55,526 nucleotides of DNA from a virus. Lineage: Duplodnaviria > Caudoviricetes. This document shows, piece by piece, positions 1-11,704 of this stretch (the stretch's first letter is position 1; each line of letters opens with the position of its first letter). The stretch is from IMG/VR virus record IMGVR_UViG_3300006046_000007, positions 1-55,526 of that record; one strand, written 5' to 3'. The notes under the pieces were generated by a model that did not search any database, was not told where the DNA came from, and saw nothing but the letters and a program-made list of their open reading frames with translations. The position numbers and the translations under genes were made by a program.

Positions 1-103
1 AGGTGTTGTACCCTTGTTGCACATCCCAAGCATACCAGGCAGGGAAGTCGGTGCGTGGATCGTAAGGATTGTCTTCTGTTGTTATCATGACAGCCATTAC
101 CAT
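1..103 (-). CDS. Conserved phage protein, 5' part only (MVMAVMITTEDNPYDPRTDFPAWYAWD...)
   Basis: ATG at 103 preceded by GGAGG RBS; frame stays open to the window edge; lies directly after the RNAP-like gene. Confidence 0.7.
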   Translation of the reverse strand, partial: MVMAVMITTEDNPYDPRTDFPAWYAWDVQQGYNT

Positions 104-134
104 TGCACCTCCTGTCTGTGTTCTGGTACGTTGT

Positions 135-2888
135 CTAGGCGTTCGCAAGGTTGTCAGCAATGGTAGACCTAGGTATACCAAGGGCAGCAGCAATCTCGGA
201 TAGGCCACGACCTGAACCAGCCATGGACTTAGCCAATGCCAACTGTCCTGGTGTGAGTGATGATCTGTACCTTGGTGTTGCCAACTCCTTGACCCTGTCC
301 ATGTTGCTGTTGTTCAGTATCTCCCTCAACATTGTTGAAGACACAGCGCCTGCTTGAATAGCATCCCATTCGCGTTGCAAGAACGGTACGTGCTCAGACC
401 CAATCCTTTGCTTAGCTGCCCCTGTCTGCAGGCGTGCATCAGCAAGAGACTGATACTGTATCTTCTTAACGTCATCCTTATCAATGTTGGGATTAGCATC
501 TATTCTAGCTCTAGCTGTTGCGTTGCCAACGATCTGAGCACGGCGCTCTAGAGGGGCGTTCATCTGTGCCTCTTTAAGCTTAGCCTTTAGGGACGCTACC
601 TCTGGAGCATACTGTGCCTTAGCGCTCTTAGACTGTAGAGGATCCTTAATAGACACCGCTGTCTTACGTGCTGTGTTAGCCATAGCCTTCAACGCATTAG
701 CGTGTTGAGCATAGACTACTTCCATAGGTTCGCCAGATGAAAGCTTGTTCGCATCCTTAGTGATTGCTGAATCACCTTTAGCAAACTTACTCACTACTGG
801 TTCAGTAGTCGTAGTCTTTACACCGGTGCGGGCATTAGTTCTAGTAACAGTACGTGTTCTACCTGTAGGTACGTAAACTAATTCACCAGTCTTAGGGTCA
901 ATAGATCCACCCTCAGACGCACGACGTAACCGAAGCTGAGGAACCCTTTCTGTAGCTGACGATAGAGAGATGATAGTAGAAGCACCCTTTGTAGGACCGC
1001 CTTGCCACTTGGCCTTTAGTTGGGCAATGCCGTTGTCCTTCTCTGACTGCTTGTAATCAAGGGTATGCTTCTCTGCATCGATGACTACCATAGAATGCCG
1101 AATCGCACGTGAGATCTCTGCTCTATCAGCACCCTTAATAGTCATGTCCGTGATTAGGTTTGAAACCTTACCCATCTCTTTCTGAGTGTTAGCCTTCGTC
1201 ATCTTCGTCATACCCGAAACTTCAGGATACGCAGATTTAGGGTCGAAGTCACTAAGCTCTGTAAGAATAGGTTTAGACTTAACCTTGCCGCTGTTGTTAG
1301 GGATAACAAGAACAGCATCGCCATCGAAGTCGGCGCCAGACAACTGTTTTGCCACTGTATGGTGAATACCAATAGCATCCCTAGCATTACCCATAATACT
1401 CTTTGCTGTGCGGTTACTATTGTTTACCGTCAGCTGAGGTATCTCAAATGGGCCACCATGCGGATACCGAACGAGGGCTACCCTTTCTCCATTATTGAAG
1501 TTAGGCGCATAAACCTCGGTTGGCCGCATACTGTTCATAGGAAGAATAGCATGACTAGATTGGCGGGGTAGAGCAGCAGCTTTCAGATGTACCGATGCAG
1601 AATCTGCCGAAAGAGCGAAATCTTGCAACAATTGTTTCTTCACAACTGGATTAGTCAAAGCCAAGATGCCGTCAAGTTCTTTTTGTTTAGCATCACGCGT
1701 TTTCGCTAGTTGAGTAGCGGCCAACGTAATTGATTGCTTCGACAACATCTGTGAAGAAAGAGATCGAGCCCATCCGTCCCAAGCACCTTCCTCATTCACC
1801 ATGTTAAGTGAAGAGGTTCGTTCAACGCCCTTGCTATCCTTATATGTTACTGGATAAGTTGTTGCCCCGAATCGATTACCCGCATTTTCTGCGCCTTCTT
1901 TCAAAGGTTTCAAAATGGAGTTTTCTTTAGGGCCAAGCACAGGCGTACCTTTAGGTTTATTGGTGTTGAACCGAATGTCGGTGCCGGCTGGAAGATCATT
2001 AGCATAAATAGCCATGCCCTTGAGGTAATGAGTTCCGTCGACAGCAACTCGTACCTGAGCATAACGATTAGCACCTAGATCTAGTGATGGAACGCCACGA
2101 CGAAGCTCAATGACACCATCCATCTGACCGCCACCATCTTCAGCAAAACGAACTTGTAGCTTTTTAGAACTAACTGATACAGGTTCTGCTTTCGGAGTCG
2201 TAAATGTCAAACCACCATCATCTGACCGATCCTTGATGTTGTAAACAAGACCCGCATCAACTGCAGCTTTAGCTTGACGCCAAGTGCTTCCGGGAAGAGC
2301 TAGAATTTTCAACTCGGTCAACTTGTCAGTACCTAGTTGTGGAACTTTGACCAACCAAGTCTCATAACCCTCATCCTTCAATGCGGCAATCGCAGTACGA
2401 AGTTTAGTGTCAGCAACCCCAAGATAAAGCTCAGTTCCTTTACCAACATCCAACCAAGTCTTCGCATGAAGGTGATCTTTTAGAAGGTTAGAAATTGCTT
2501 GAAGAGTTTTGTCCTTGATGCCTTCAGATGTCTTCAACCACCCGCGAACTGTCGATTCTTTGTTTTCATCACCAAGCATTCGCTTAGCAATCGCACGAAC
2601 TGACATACCTTTGTCATTCTTAAGCTTTTGAGCCAAAGCTTGGTTCTCAGCGAAGATGACATTAGTTGAAACAGAGATAGCAGCACGAAGGTCTGTTGTC
2701 TTGATGCCCAACGTTTGCGCAATTTCGGTATCGCTCATTGGCGGATCTCCGTTGCGCATGGCGTCTAGATGAGCCTTGAAATCCTTAGACCTTTGGTAAG
2801 GAGTGCCACCGCTTCCCCAAGGATAACGGCCAGAACGTCGGATGATTCCAATGTGCTCTAGAACTTCTCCGTTTTCTTCAGGCTCCAC
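135..2888 (-). CDS. Putative single-chain two-barrel (DPBB) RNA polymerase with N- and C-terminal HTH motifs
   Basis: 917 aa; LSGADFDGD catalytic motif preceded by LVRYPHGGPFEI (R-x-P motif of RdRP/YonO-like enzymes); HTH-like segments SDTEIAQTLGI, SVRAIAKRM, LSEIAAALGIPRSTI. Confidence 0.8.
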   Translation of the reverse strand: MEPEENGEVLEHIGIIRRSGRYPWGSGGTPYQRSKDFKAHLDAMRNGDPPMSDTEIAQTLGIKTTDLRAAISVSTNVIFAENQALAQKLKNDKGMSVRAIAKRMLGDENKESTVRGWLKTSEGIKDKTLQAISNLLKDHLHAKTWLDVGKGTELYLGVADTKLRTAIAALKDEGYETWLVKVPQLGTDKLTELKILALPGSTWRQAKAAVDAGLVYNIKDRSDDGGLTFTTPKAEPVSVSSKKLQVRFAEDGGGQMDGVIELRRGVPSLDLGANRYAQVRVAVDGTHYLKGMAIYANDLPAGTDIRFNTNKPKGTPVLGPKENSILKPLKEGAENAGNRFGATTYPVTYKDSKGVERTSSLNMVNEEGAWDGWARSLSSQMLSKQSITLAATQLAKTRDAKQKELDGILALTNPVVKKQLLQDFALSADSASVHLKAAALPRQSSHAILPMNSMRPTEVYAPNFNNGERVALVRYPHGGPFEIPQLTVNNSNRTAKSIMGNARDAIGIHHTVAKQLSGADFDGDAVLVIPNNSGKVKSKPILTELSDFDPKSAYPEVSGMTKMTKANTQKEMGKVSNLITDMTIKGADRAEISRAIRHSMVVIDAEKHTLDYKQSEKDNGIAQLKAKWQGGPTKGASTIISLSSATERVPQLRLRRASEGGSIDPKTGELVYVPTGRTRTVTRTNARTGVKTTTTEPVVSKFAKGDSAITKDANKLSSGEPMEVVYAQHANALKAMANTARKTAVSIKDPLQSKSAKAQYAPEVASLKAKLKEAQMNAPLERRAQIVGNATARARIDANPNIDKDDVKKIQYQSLADARLQTGAAKQRIGSEHVPFLQREWDAIQAGAVSSTMLREILNNSNMDRVKELATPRYRSSLTPGQLALAKSMAGSGRGLSEIAAALGIPRSTIADNLANA

Positions 2889-2890
2889 AG

Positions 2891-3475
2891 TTACACCTCC
2901 TTCATAGACTCAACTAGCTTGTCGGCAACGATGTAACGATCCATGATGTAAGCGATATCCTCCGGATCTGTCTCGAATCTCTGAATGTCATCGTTCTGAT
3001 AGATACGTAGATCATACTCGAGCTCCATAGGACGAACGTTGTATTCAAGACAGAAGAGTGCAGCATAACACTCAAGCTGACTTTTAGATGCTCTGTTTTC
3101 TCCATTCTTAAGATCGAAAATGCGCAACAACAATCGGTAAGGCGAATCTGAATCTGGATTATCACCAAACCAAATCGCATCGGTAGTCCCAAAAGCATTA
3201 TCAGAAAACGCCAAAGGCTGTTCGATAGACATCCTGTAACCGATGCAGTCATTCACATACATGTTGATAGTCTTGCTGTTGTCTGGTTGCTTCAACCCAA
3301 GTCGAATAGTCTCGGCAGCCCAAGCATGAAGACGAGTACCAAGAACAGCTGTCATGTGTTTGTCATAGGCAGCAAGAATCTTCTCATCGTCATAGTTGAT
3401 CCAGTGATACTTAGATGGACTCAGAAAAGCATGACGCCCTTCAATCTCCACATGACGTCGGAACTTAAAACTCAT
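2891..3475 (-). CDS. PD-(D/E)XK (Cas4/RecB-like) nuclease
   Basis: GTRLH, E-Q, FGTTDAI, IFDLKNG, QLECYA motifs. Confidence 0.7.
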   Translation of the reverse strand: MSFKFRRHVEIEGRHAFLSPSKYHWINYDDEKILAAYDKHMTAVLGTRLHAWAAETIRLGLKQPDNSKTINMYVNDCIGYRMSIEQPLAFSDNAFGTTDAIWFGDNPDSDSPYRLLLRIFDLKNGENRASKSQLECYAALFCLEYNVRPMELEYDLRIYQNDDIQRFETDPEDIAYIMDRYIVADKLVESMKEV

Positions 3476-3774
3476 AGGCCAAACGCTCTTTCCATGTCGT
3501 CTAAAACTTCTCGATAGTTGAGCGGATGTATGAACGCAGCAAATGACATCTCATCAAACAGATCCACATAGTACTCTTGGTTGGGCTGACGCACCGACCG
3601 TAGACCACGCTTACTTTCCAGGATAGCCCAGAACCTTCCCCACAAAATAAGAAGGTCTGGTATGCCTTGGATTTGGTTGGAATCTAGCTTGATGATGAAA
3701 CAATCTGGAAAGCGACGACGCAACTCATCTTTCAAGTCGAGCGTGAACTCGCTTTCAAGCTTAGGCATAGTCAC
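3472..3774 (-). CDS. VRR-NUC domain nuclease
   Basis: LESEF...GIPDLLIL...LESKR...PNQ pattern. Confidence 0.85.
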   Translation of the reverse strand: MTMPKLESEFTLDLKDELRRRFPDCFIIKLDSNQIQGIPDLLILWGRFWAILESKRGLRSVRQPNQEYYVDLFDEMSFAAFIHPLNYREVLDDMERAFGL

Positions 3775-3809
3775 CTCCAGACAGAAAAAGAGGAAGAGTT
3801 GACATACCC

Positions 3810-3838
3810 TCCTATATAATGCATTGTTTCAGCTGCGA
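3810..3838 (-). promoter_or_regulatory. Phage promoter-like motif copy
   Basis: Minus strand TCGCA-GCTG-AAACAA-TGCATTAT-ATAGGA matches the 29-bp consensus. Confidence 0.65.
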
Positions 3839-3849
3839 TACACAGTATA

Positions 3850-4407
3850 TCAGACCGTTTGACGCTCGATCTCCGCGTCAGGCACATAACGGTACCTAGC
3901 GGCTTCGTCATAAAGGCTTGATGCTTGTTTCTCAATCCGCCAAACGATGGATGACTCGAGTACTCCTTCTTGAACTGCACAGTCAAAGGCGTCTTTGTAT
4001 ATCTCGCCCGTTCTGTTGTTCTTAACCGGTGGTGTGCTGAACTTCGGCGTACCTGTCCGATGCATCTCGTTCCACTCGAGCACACGATCACGACGTTCCC
4101 ACATCAAATTAGTATAGTGACAGTTACGAAGGTCGCCATCCTTATGCCAAATGGCTGTACAATCTGAATACAGCGGCGGTGGTAGGAATGCGAGCGCTAC
4201 TAATTTGTTGATCTGACGCAGGTACCTAGTGGGTGAGGTAGCACTGGAAAGAAGGATCACCGGGAAACCTCGCTCGTTGACTGTCACTTTTCGGGCGTTG
4301 GTACGGCCTAAGTGTTTGACACGACCGTAAGAGCTGATAAGGTAGTGAGGAAATTCATCAATCGGAACCCATTCTTCATTCTCGAACATTATTCTCCCTT
4401 CTTGCAA
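3850..4407 (-). CDS. NUMOD4 / HNH-like homing-endonuclease-related protein
   Basis: EEWVPIDEFPHYLISSYGRV (NUMOD4); HKDGDLRNCHYTNLMW (HNH-like). Confidence 0.8.
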   Translation of the reverse strand: MQEGRIMFENEEWVPIDEFPHYLISSYGRVKHLGRTNARKVTVNERGFPVILLSSATSPTRYLRQINKLVALAFLPPPLYSDCTAIWHKDGDLRNCHYTNLMWERRDRVLEWNEMHRTGTPKFSTPPVKNNRTGEIYKDAFDCAVQEGVLESSIVWRIEKQASSLYDEAARYRYVPDAEIERQTV

Positions 4408-4627
4408 TCTCGTCTTGTAGATACCAGGCAGCTTTCTTAAGATCTTGTAACGGGACCTCTGTGTCTTTGATGCCGTCTCGCCACAAGTACTTGATAACGT
4501 TCCCTAAGTTGAATCCCATATGACGCACCACTTGAATACACTCAACCCCACTCGGGTGCACGTTGTAGTGTTCAGGATGGTCAATGCCGGCTGGGTCTGC
4601 CTCATTACCCGTAGTTGTCCTACTCAT
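4376..4627 (-). CDS. DUF3310 family protein
   Basis: DHPEHY...ECIQV...FNLGNVIKYLWR...DLKKAAWYL. Confidence 0.85.
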   Translation of the reverse strand: MSRTTTGNEADPAGIDHPEHYNVHPSGVECIQVVRHMGFNLGNVIKYLWRDGIKDTEVPLQDLKKAAWYLQDEIARRENNVRE

Positions 4628-4850
4628 TTGTTGACTCTTATACTCTCGCTACGCGTAACCCCAAGATGTAACTGCTCTAACGTTCCTTCGAGTAGATGTT
4701 CAGAAATCATAGTTGCACATGATGGATCATTGAGGTATAACGTTATATCGCCCGTTGAACTAATCTCGCCCTTGACCGCTACCTGATGTCCATCTGGCAA
4801 CATAATCGAGGTGGTAAATGAGATTGCGTCGATTCCTGATGGTTGAACCA

Positions 4851-5087
4851 TGTAAGTCCGTTTCTTCCTGTAAGTCCGTTTGCCCAGAAACCCGGAAAAA
4901 AAGAATTATGAAACTTTCTGAGAACGTACACCGTATAACATACATTACTTGTATGATATATTAAGTTCGTCTGTCTATAAGTCTTGAGAGGAATTAAGTG
5001 GGTTTGTGGCCAAAACAGGGTAGATACATCCGCTTTCGTCAGCCTTTGTCCGCTCGAAACCGCTGTCCGTTTTGTCCTCGGACCTCG
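4851..5087. other. Candidate replication origin
   Basis: Gene-free; TGTAAGTCCGTTT direct repeat (4851-4863, 4869-4881), related TCCG(C/T)T units at ~5028-5071, AT-rich core ~4896-4998; next to the helicase gene. Confidence 0.5.
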
Positions 5088-6302
5088 TCACGCGGCGGTC
5101 TCAAACCGGACATTTCTACCCTCATGAAAGTTCTTCTTAGCGACCAATGCCTTCCAAATCAGAGCATCGATCCGGCTCTCGCTCATGAGAATGTAATAAT
5201 ACAAATCCTCATAGGGTGTATCCAATCGGTCAATTCGCCCCTGACTCTGCTCGAAGAGCTTATGGGAGTATGTGAGTGAATAGTACACAACTGTATCAGT
5301 TTCAATGCAATTCCATGCTTCTGACCCAGCTTGGTACTGTACTAGGTACAACCAACGACTAGTCTCGGGGATCTCCTCATGACGGTGACCGTTCCACTCG
5401 GCGATGCATATGTCCATCTTTGTCATGAGTGTGCGAAGATCCTCGAGCTCGTAGTCGTGCGTGTAGAAGATGATCATCCGGTCGTGCCTACGCCCTAATG
5501 CGACGATCTCCTCCAGCCGTGAGGGATCACTGTTGACCAGTCTCCTAGCGACTCTGTGCATCTCTGCTACGTCGATAAGCGGCTTTCCCTCATAGATGTT
5601 CCATCGTCGTTTCCAGACCAGGTCAAAGGCGTCTTTGTCAAATACCACCGGCCTCGCAACCAGGTGTCGAACAGTGTGTCGTTCGTAGGGCATGTCAACA
5701 AGAATGGAATCACGTTCTCGCTCCAGATGACGAACCCCGAAGAACCCACGGATTTTCCGGTACTTACCATTGAAAGACCACACGACGTGCTGCTCGATGA
5801 AGTCTGTCCGGTTGCGGTAGAACCCGTGGGCAATGAAAAGAGGGACATAGTCCATCCATGTATCTGCCGGTGTTGCAGACAATAAGATCCACTGGTTATG
5901 CTTGACGATCTTCAGGAAGGTCTTTACCCATGTCCCTGTTCCCACCAGCCGCTGCTCGTCGAAGATGAAGAAACAGTCCTCACGATCAACGTACTTCTTC
6001 ATGTTGTTCCAGCTGTCGATGATGAACTCTTTGTGGCTGTAGCTAAGCTCAGGATCGATGGACAGCCCTAGTGATAACGCATCACGCTCCCAGTCCAGGC
6101 TATTCCGTTTCTTGGCGGTTGTGATGACAATGAGATGTTTTGGGTGCTTCATGGGTGCTGATCGGTCTAGCTGGCCACCACAGACGATCTGAACGTAGTA
6201 AGCTAGTGCTACAAGGGTTTTCCCCGTTCCGACCCCTCCGGCCAGCACAGAGCCGTTACGGAGCTCCTGGAGGGCTATCTCTTGGTGTGGACGCAGTTCC
6301 AC
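5088..6302 (-). CDS. SF2 (SNF2/DEAD-like) DNA helicase
   Basis: LRPHQ, GVGTGKT (Walker A), FDEQ, LSATP, QSQGRIDR. Confidence 0.9.
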   Translation of the reverse strand: MELRPHQEIALQELRNGSVLAGGVGTGKTLVALAYYVQIVCGGQLDRSAPMKHPKHLIVITTAKKRNSLDWERDALSLGLSIDPELSYSHKEFIIDSWNNMKKYVDREDCFFIFDEQRLVGTGTWVKTFLKIVKHNQWILLSATPADTWMDYVPLFIAHGFYRNRTDFIEQHVVWSFNGKYRKIRGFFGVRHLERERDSILVDMPYERHTVRHLVARPVVFDKDAFDLVWKRRWNIYEGKPLIDVAEMHRVARRLVNSDPSRLEEIVALGRRHDRMIIFYTHDYELEDLRTLMTKMDICIAEWNGHRHEEIPETSRWLYLVQYQAGSEAWNCIETDTVVYYSLTYSHKLFEQSQGRIDRLDTPYEDLYYYILMSESRIDALIWKALVAKKNFHEGRNVRFETAA

Positions 6303-9300
6303 TCTGTGCCTCCTTATCTAACAATCTTGCTTCGTTTGTGTCTGAGTCGATGTACCAGTCGCGTAATGACAAAGGAACGTCACCCCAAAACCAGCCTTTA
6401 ACTAGAATGCCGTTGTCAGTCATCTCAAAATCTTCAACTTGACCAATGATGCCGGGTTTAATGCCAAGGTTGAAGCGATGCCACTCCTCAGACCCAGGAG
6501 GATAAGGGTTAAGGCTGCTTTTCAGTTCCACTCTGTGCCTCCTTTAGTTGACGTTCATAAAGACATCCTTCTAACTCAGGCTCTGACTCTGACATCCAAC
6601 ACCAATGAAGTGGACATGAGTATGTGCCAGCTATTAAGTCTTCAACCCCTGCCTGGCACTGGTCCAGAGTCGGTGCTTGACGTCTCCGCCACTTCTTCGC
6701 TATCATGATGCCAACCACCCTTAATTGGTAGAACGTAGGACAATGCCTTGAGTATCCCAGAGTCAATGACCTTAGGCTCTTCTCTAGTCACCTTGATCAG
6801 GAAGACAGTCAGGTCCATCAGTTTTAAACCCTCTTGGAATGGTGTATCAATAACTAGATCCATCCAGCATTCACCGGTAGCTTCGTCCCTACGCCAGTTA
6901 GTCGCATGTCCCAACAGACCACGATCGAAGTCGAAGTTCCAGACTACCGGCACCACCTCATCGGGGACATGGACTGCTCCTTGTTCGATGATGATGCCCG
7001 TTGGGTAGATACGTCCCTCAACCAGTACCAGTTGGTGCTTCAGCTCCAGCTCCATCTCTAACCTCCTTTTCCAACACCTTAGGCATAGGTTCGGCCCAGT
7101 GTATCTTCCCATCGACATAACATGTGTAACGGTATGAGGTTCCATTGACGTGGATCCAGTCAGCTATTAGTTTGCCATTGAGCTTCTCCCAGCCGGGGAT
7201 GATCGATTCCCTACACCATTTACACAGGTCCATTGTTGATCGCCTTTAACTCCTCTTCAGCCTTACTTAGACGTTTCTCATTCGCCGCCAAGGCACTGCG
7301 CCTTATCTGAATTTCATCTCTTAGTTCTTGCACCTCGATCGCTTTGTCATCACGTAGGTTTTGAGACAACTGCTCAGCGGTGTTGAGGACGGGGCAATGA
7401 CGGACTAGAACAACACACTTACCGCCCTCGATGTGCCCGACACACCAACCAGCACCATTGTCAGAATGGAGCACACCAAACTCATCTCGAGTACTAGTCT
7501 TCTCTTGATTCTCGATGATGCAAGCGGTACAGTTACGCTGATAGTTTCCATGTGGGCATTCGTCCTCTGGCCCGTACATACCTGCGTAGCTCATCAGTCA
7601 ATCTCCGATTTGGACGTACACGGGTGAGTATCCACCATGTGGCACTTTTAGTGCCTCCTCCAGAGCGTGTACATGCTCGAGTCTTACGAGTGTATGGTCG
7701 TTTTCACCACCGTTGATTTGCCACCCGACTTGACGGAAGACCATTCCATTCTCAGTAACCAAATCTCCGTTTTCGTTATACATCTTGTACCTCCTTGATC
7801 TTAGCTGCGAACTCTGGCGTATCCATGAATGCACGAGCCTTTTGTAGATCGGCGATGAAGGCATCAAAATCCTTCTTCACTGTTTCGACATCGTTTGTGA
7901 AGCCGTAAGCAATCTCCCAGGCATCACACTGATGAGGCAACTCCACATCAAGAGCCCACAGTTTGTTACCATCACTATCGGTGGCGGACATAGGACCGCC
8001 GTTGATGACGATCTTGACGTCTTCTCCCTGAGCCTCCCAGACGATGTCCTCTGGGTCAATCGCCCACCAGTTTCTGATCACAAACTCCATTTCTGTCCTC
8101 CTCAATGATGCAGCAATCACGTAAATACTGCTCAGCTCGTTGCAGTTTGTATCCATTACGCAGGAATGATGCTCGAATTTCGGCAGCATCCTTAGATGTC
8201 AGTCTCCGCTTGGGCAGCTCTCTTTGTTCCATCGTTCTCCTCCTGTAACCACTTCCTCCAAGCGGTACCGTAAGGTCGTTTTACATCTGAGTCTTTAACG
8301 GGTGTCCCGAACTCACCTATACCGAAGGTGCTATAAGGACCCGCCTTACCAGTCAACCCCATCAGATTAGCTGCCTCTTGAATGTAGTCAAGAAATGCTT
8401 GTTTATTTTGGTCTGGCTTCTTATGCCGACCCTCCACTCTCATGTGAGATAGTCGAGCCAGAAGAAACTCATTCCCAGGGCATGGTGGTAGCTCCGACAA
8501 CCAGTCATCTGAACGCAGTTCTAGGTTACAGTGAATACATCGGACCCAATGACGATCTTTATCATTGAACCAGGTATGCGTTCGTGTATTAACCAAGTCC
8601 TCGGGTGTTGTCTCTCTGCCTCTCATCATCCACCTCCTTCTCGGAATAGAACTTCGACAGGTCTGTCTCCCCGTATACCGCAACGTCAGTGGCGAACTGG
8701 ACCACTATGTCCTTTGGGAGAGGTTCAAGAATCGGCTCTCCGCCCGGATAGTCTTTCCAACCTAGGAATACATAAAGCCGGTTGGGCTCTATACTGACGG
8801 GTTTCTTCCGCGAATGCTCAAGTATCCATACGACTGCCTTACGGCCGACCAGAGTACCGCCAGCCACCGCTATCACTGTCAATAACCAGCTCCACAATTG
8901 ATAGCTCATCGTCCACACGCCCCTGGGAAGGCATCACATCGCACCGCGTCACAGTCCTTGCACATGCCGCGAGTGTGAGTCAGGTCATCGTCGAACCCGT
9001 AGATGACGGGCGCTCCGCAATGACAGCTCTCACAGAGTTTGACATGCACCTTGTTGGCGAAGGCGGCGAAGTGGTCGACTGGGTCTACGCCTTGCTCATG
9101 AGCAGTACGCAGGATCTCAGGCAGCAACGCATCCCTACGACGGATGAGATAGTTGGCACAGTTCTCGTCACCATTACTCAAGCACATAGCAACCGTGAGC
9201 CGGTACTCCATATCCAGAGCAAGGAGTTCCTGCAGTGGTGCATCACTTACCGTCTCTTGGCTCGTGTCGTTCATCTTCTGTTGCCTCCTTCCAGTTGATT

Positions 9301-11058
9301 GATCCAGTGCTGTAGTCGACACTGACGTTGGTTGGCGGATCAGGAGCAGGTACTACCTCAGACTCCTTACCATGCACATACGCCTGCACCGTGCTCGCCT
9401 TCGGTGTGGCTACTGGGCTACCTGGGCAATGTGCTTCATAGATGCCTCCATTCAGATGCATCCAGTCATCTTCGCCACTTCGGGTGTGGAAGTTGAAGAT
9501 AACGTTACTGCAGTTTTCACAGAGAGCTAGTTCTTCGATGTAAATCTCCTCAACTACCATTTCTCAACCTCCCTAGAAGTACTTGGTATTGTTGGATACG
9601 CAATTCGAGACGTCGCTTCACCGCCTCGATGTCACCAGGTCTGCAACTACTACCAGGACAAGTGTTACCAGAGGGCCCATGACCAGCGAGATGCCCGTTC
9701 GGGTTACCTACCACAGCAACCTCCCGTTTACAGACCAGGCAAGTTGCCTTTTGGTTGGTGTATCTCATGCCCATCACGGTATCCAAGCCGTCCAAAACTC
9801 GTGCCAACGTCCGTCAAGCCAGCGGAAGTGAACTTCCCAGATTGCAGACGTGTAAGTCGAGTAGTTGATCACCCTGCGATGGGGTCGCAATCTAACCGTG
9901 TGCCGTTCGACCGGGCCAATGACTAGTCTCAACTGGTGACGCGTACTCCCGACCACTACATGCCTTGCCTCTGCGTGGCTGACATAACGATCTCTGGTGT
10001 TTGGCGATGCTGTTGCGGCATAGCTGTTGTCTTGGACCGCCAACAGAGAGACCGGCAGCAAGATACTGATAACGAACAAGACTGTCTTCTTGTACATGAC
10101 TGCTCCTTATGCTTTGTCAGGCTGGTTGTGGACCACCATTGTTGCGTAGTCGAACAAGCCTAAGATACGATGATGTGCCATCTCCGGACTGGAGCGCACA
10201 TAATATGACGTTGATGACGTGCCGTCATCATGGAGGACATGGGCAGCTATGACCAGTCCCCATTCCATCACCATCTCGTTACGACCACCAGTAGCAACAT
10301 ACGCGCGAATGTCCTCGTCTAGTTTGACGATCTCAGGCGGCGTTTGCATGTTAACTACCGCCCTTGGACATGAAGACAAGAACGAGCAGAGCGATAACGA
10401 TCACCAGAACAGACCAGCCTGCGGCCTGCCAGATGTCTTTGTTGCGGTTCATTTCTTAACCTCCTCTATAGTTCCCTCCTTCGGCTCAGCCTCGAACCTG
10501 CATTGCTTGACGCCGGTATTTGCGTGATACCAGTCCTCTCCGCCTAGAATGCCCTTTCTTAGAAGCTTGATGCTCTCACCGCACTTCTTGCACTCGGCTA
10601 TTTTTGACGCGACATAGTAATCAATCACGATTACTCCCCGCCCTCAGCCCGACTCACATTCGGCGTCACCAGCGTTCGTTCAAGAATGGCCTTCATGATG
10701 AGCAGTTGCTCCTGCATCGCCGGGATGAGAATGCGTAGAGACTCCTCCACTGCCCCACGTGTCTGGTTAGCAGTGTCCAAGGTCTCATTCAGCTTGCGCT
10801 TGCTGTCTTGGATCATGATTTCAATTTCCATTTTAGTCATAGAACTCTTGTCCTTTCTCTTGGTGTCCGAAGCCAATAACCACTCTTTTCGTCATGCTTA
10901 TAGCTCCCAGTGAGTACTCGAATTGGCTCAGTGATGTCGGTTTCGCAACTAACGCAGGTGATGTTGTTGATACCGATGTCAAGTATGCTAGGTGTCACTT
11001 TGACAACATTATGTCGACAGTTCTTCGGAACATCTTCGGAAGAGAGTTGGGTGCTCAT
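6256..11058 (-). CDS. Run of roughly 18 small hypothetical genes, many Cys/His-rich (possible Zn-binding)
   Basis: Abutting or overlapping minus-strand ORFs of 60-140 aa with GGAG RBSs (e.g. 6256-6531, 6642-7055, 7018-7233, 7220-7594, 9243-9560, 9550-9807, 9774-10097, 10837-11058). Confidence 0.65.
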
Positions 11059-11297
11059 ATCCCCTTCTTACTAAGGCCGTTATGGTACAGACTGTCATCC
11101 ATGATGATCTCGTAAGGCGCCTTCTGAGTCCTGTAGATGTTAGCTACTGCACTTTGCTTGCGTGCATAGCCTTCACTAGACGCACCAATAATCCGACCAT
11201 TACTCCAAGAATGCCTAGTCCATCGAACTCTTGATGATGACGGCGCGTCAGGAGACAGCCACACCCGAATCTTGTCAGGCTTCTGTTCCTTGCTCAT
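11055..11297 (-). CDS. DUF1508 (YegP-like) protein
   Basis: RW...NGRIIGASSEGYARKQSAVANI signature. Confidence 0.65.
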   Translation of the reverse strand: MSKEQKPDKIRVWLSPDAPSSSRVRWTRHSWSNGRIIGASSEGYARKQSAVANIYRTQKAPYEIIMDDSLYHNGLSKKGI

Positions 11298-11704
11298 CTG
11301 TTTGCTCCTTTTCAATTTTTGTCCATCCTGGGTACATCCCGAATGGCTTGAGATACATCCACCGTGCCCCGCACGTCTGGCAAGTCAAGATGTCGTACCG
11401 TTCACCCCAACCTTTAGGCGGCGAGCATGTGTGCGGTGGAGCAAGCTTTACGACCCGACGAATTCGACCTTGGTAGGTGCGTCCTGCCTCCGGGTTTTTA
11501 ATCGGCCACGGCTCTTCAAGGCCGTTTAGGTGAACGAAGGTAAGTTCTTCCACAACTCCAGACACACGTTCCTCCTTACTACCGTCTGAATCGGGCCGCC
11601 CCCATATATTCTCTGGTTTAACGCCCGCTCGAATCGCTTCGTCATACTCTTCTTCTGATCCGACGATCGCAGTTAGGAACATAAAGGACGGCCATTCCTC
11701 TTCT

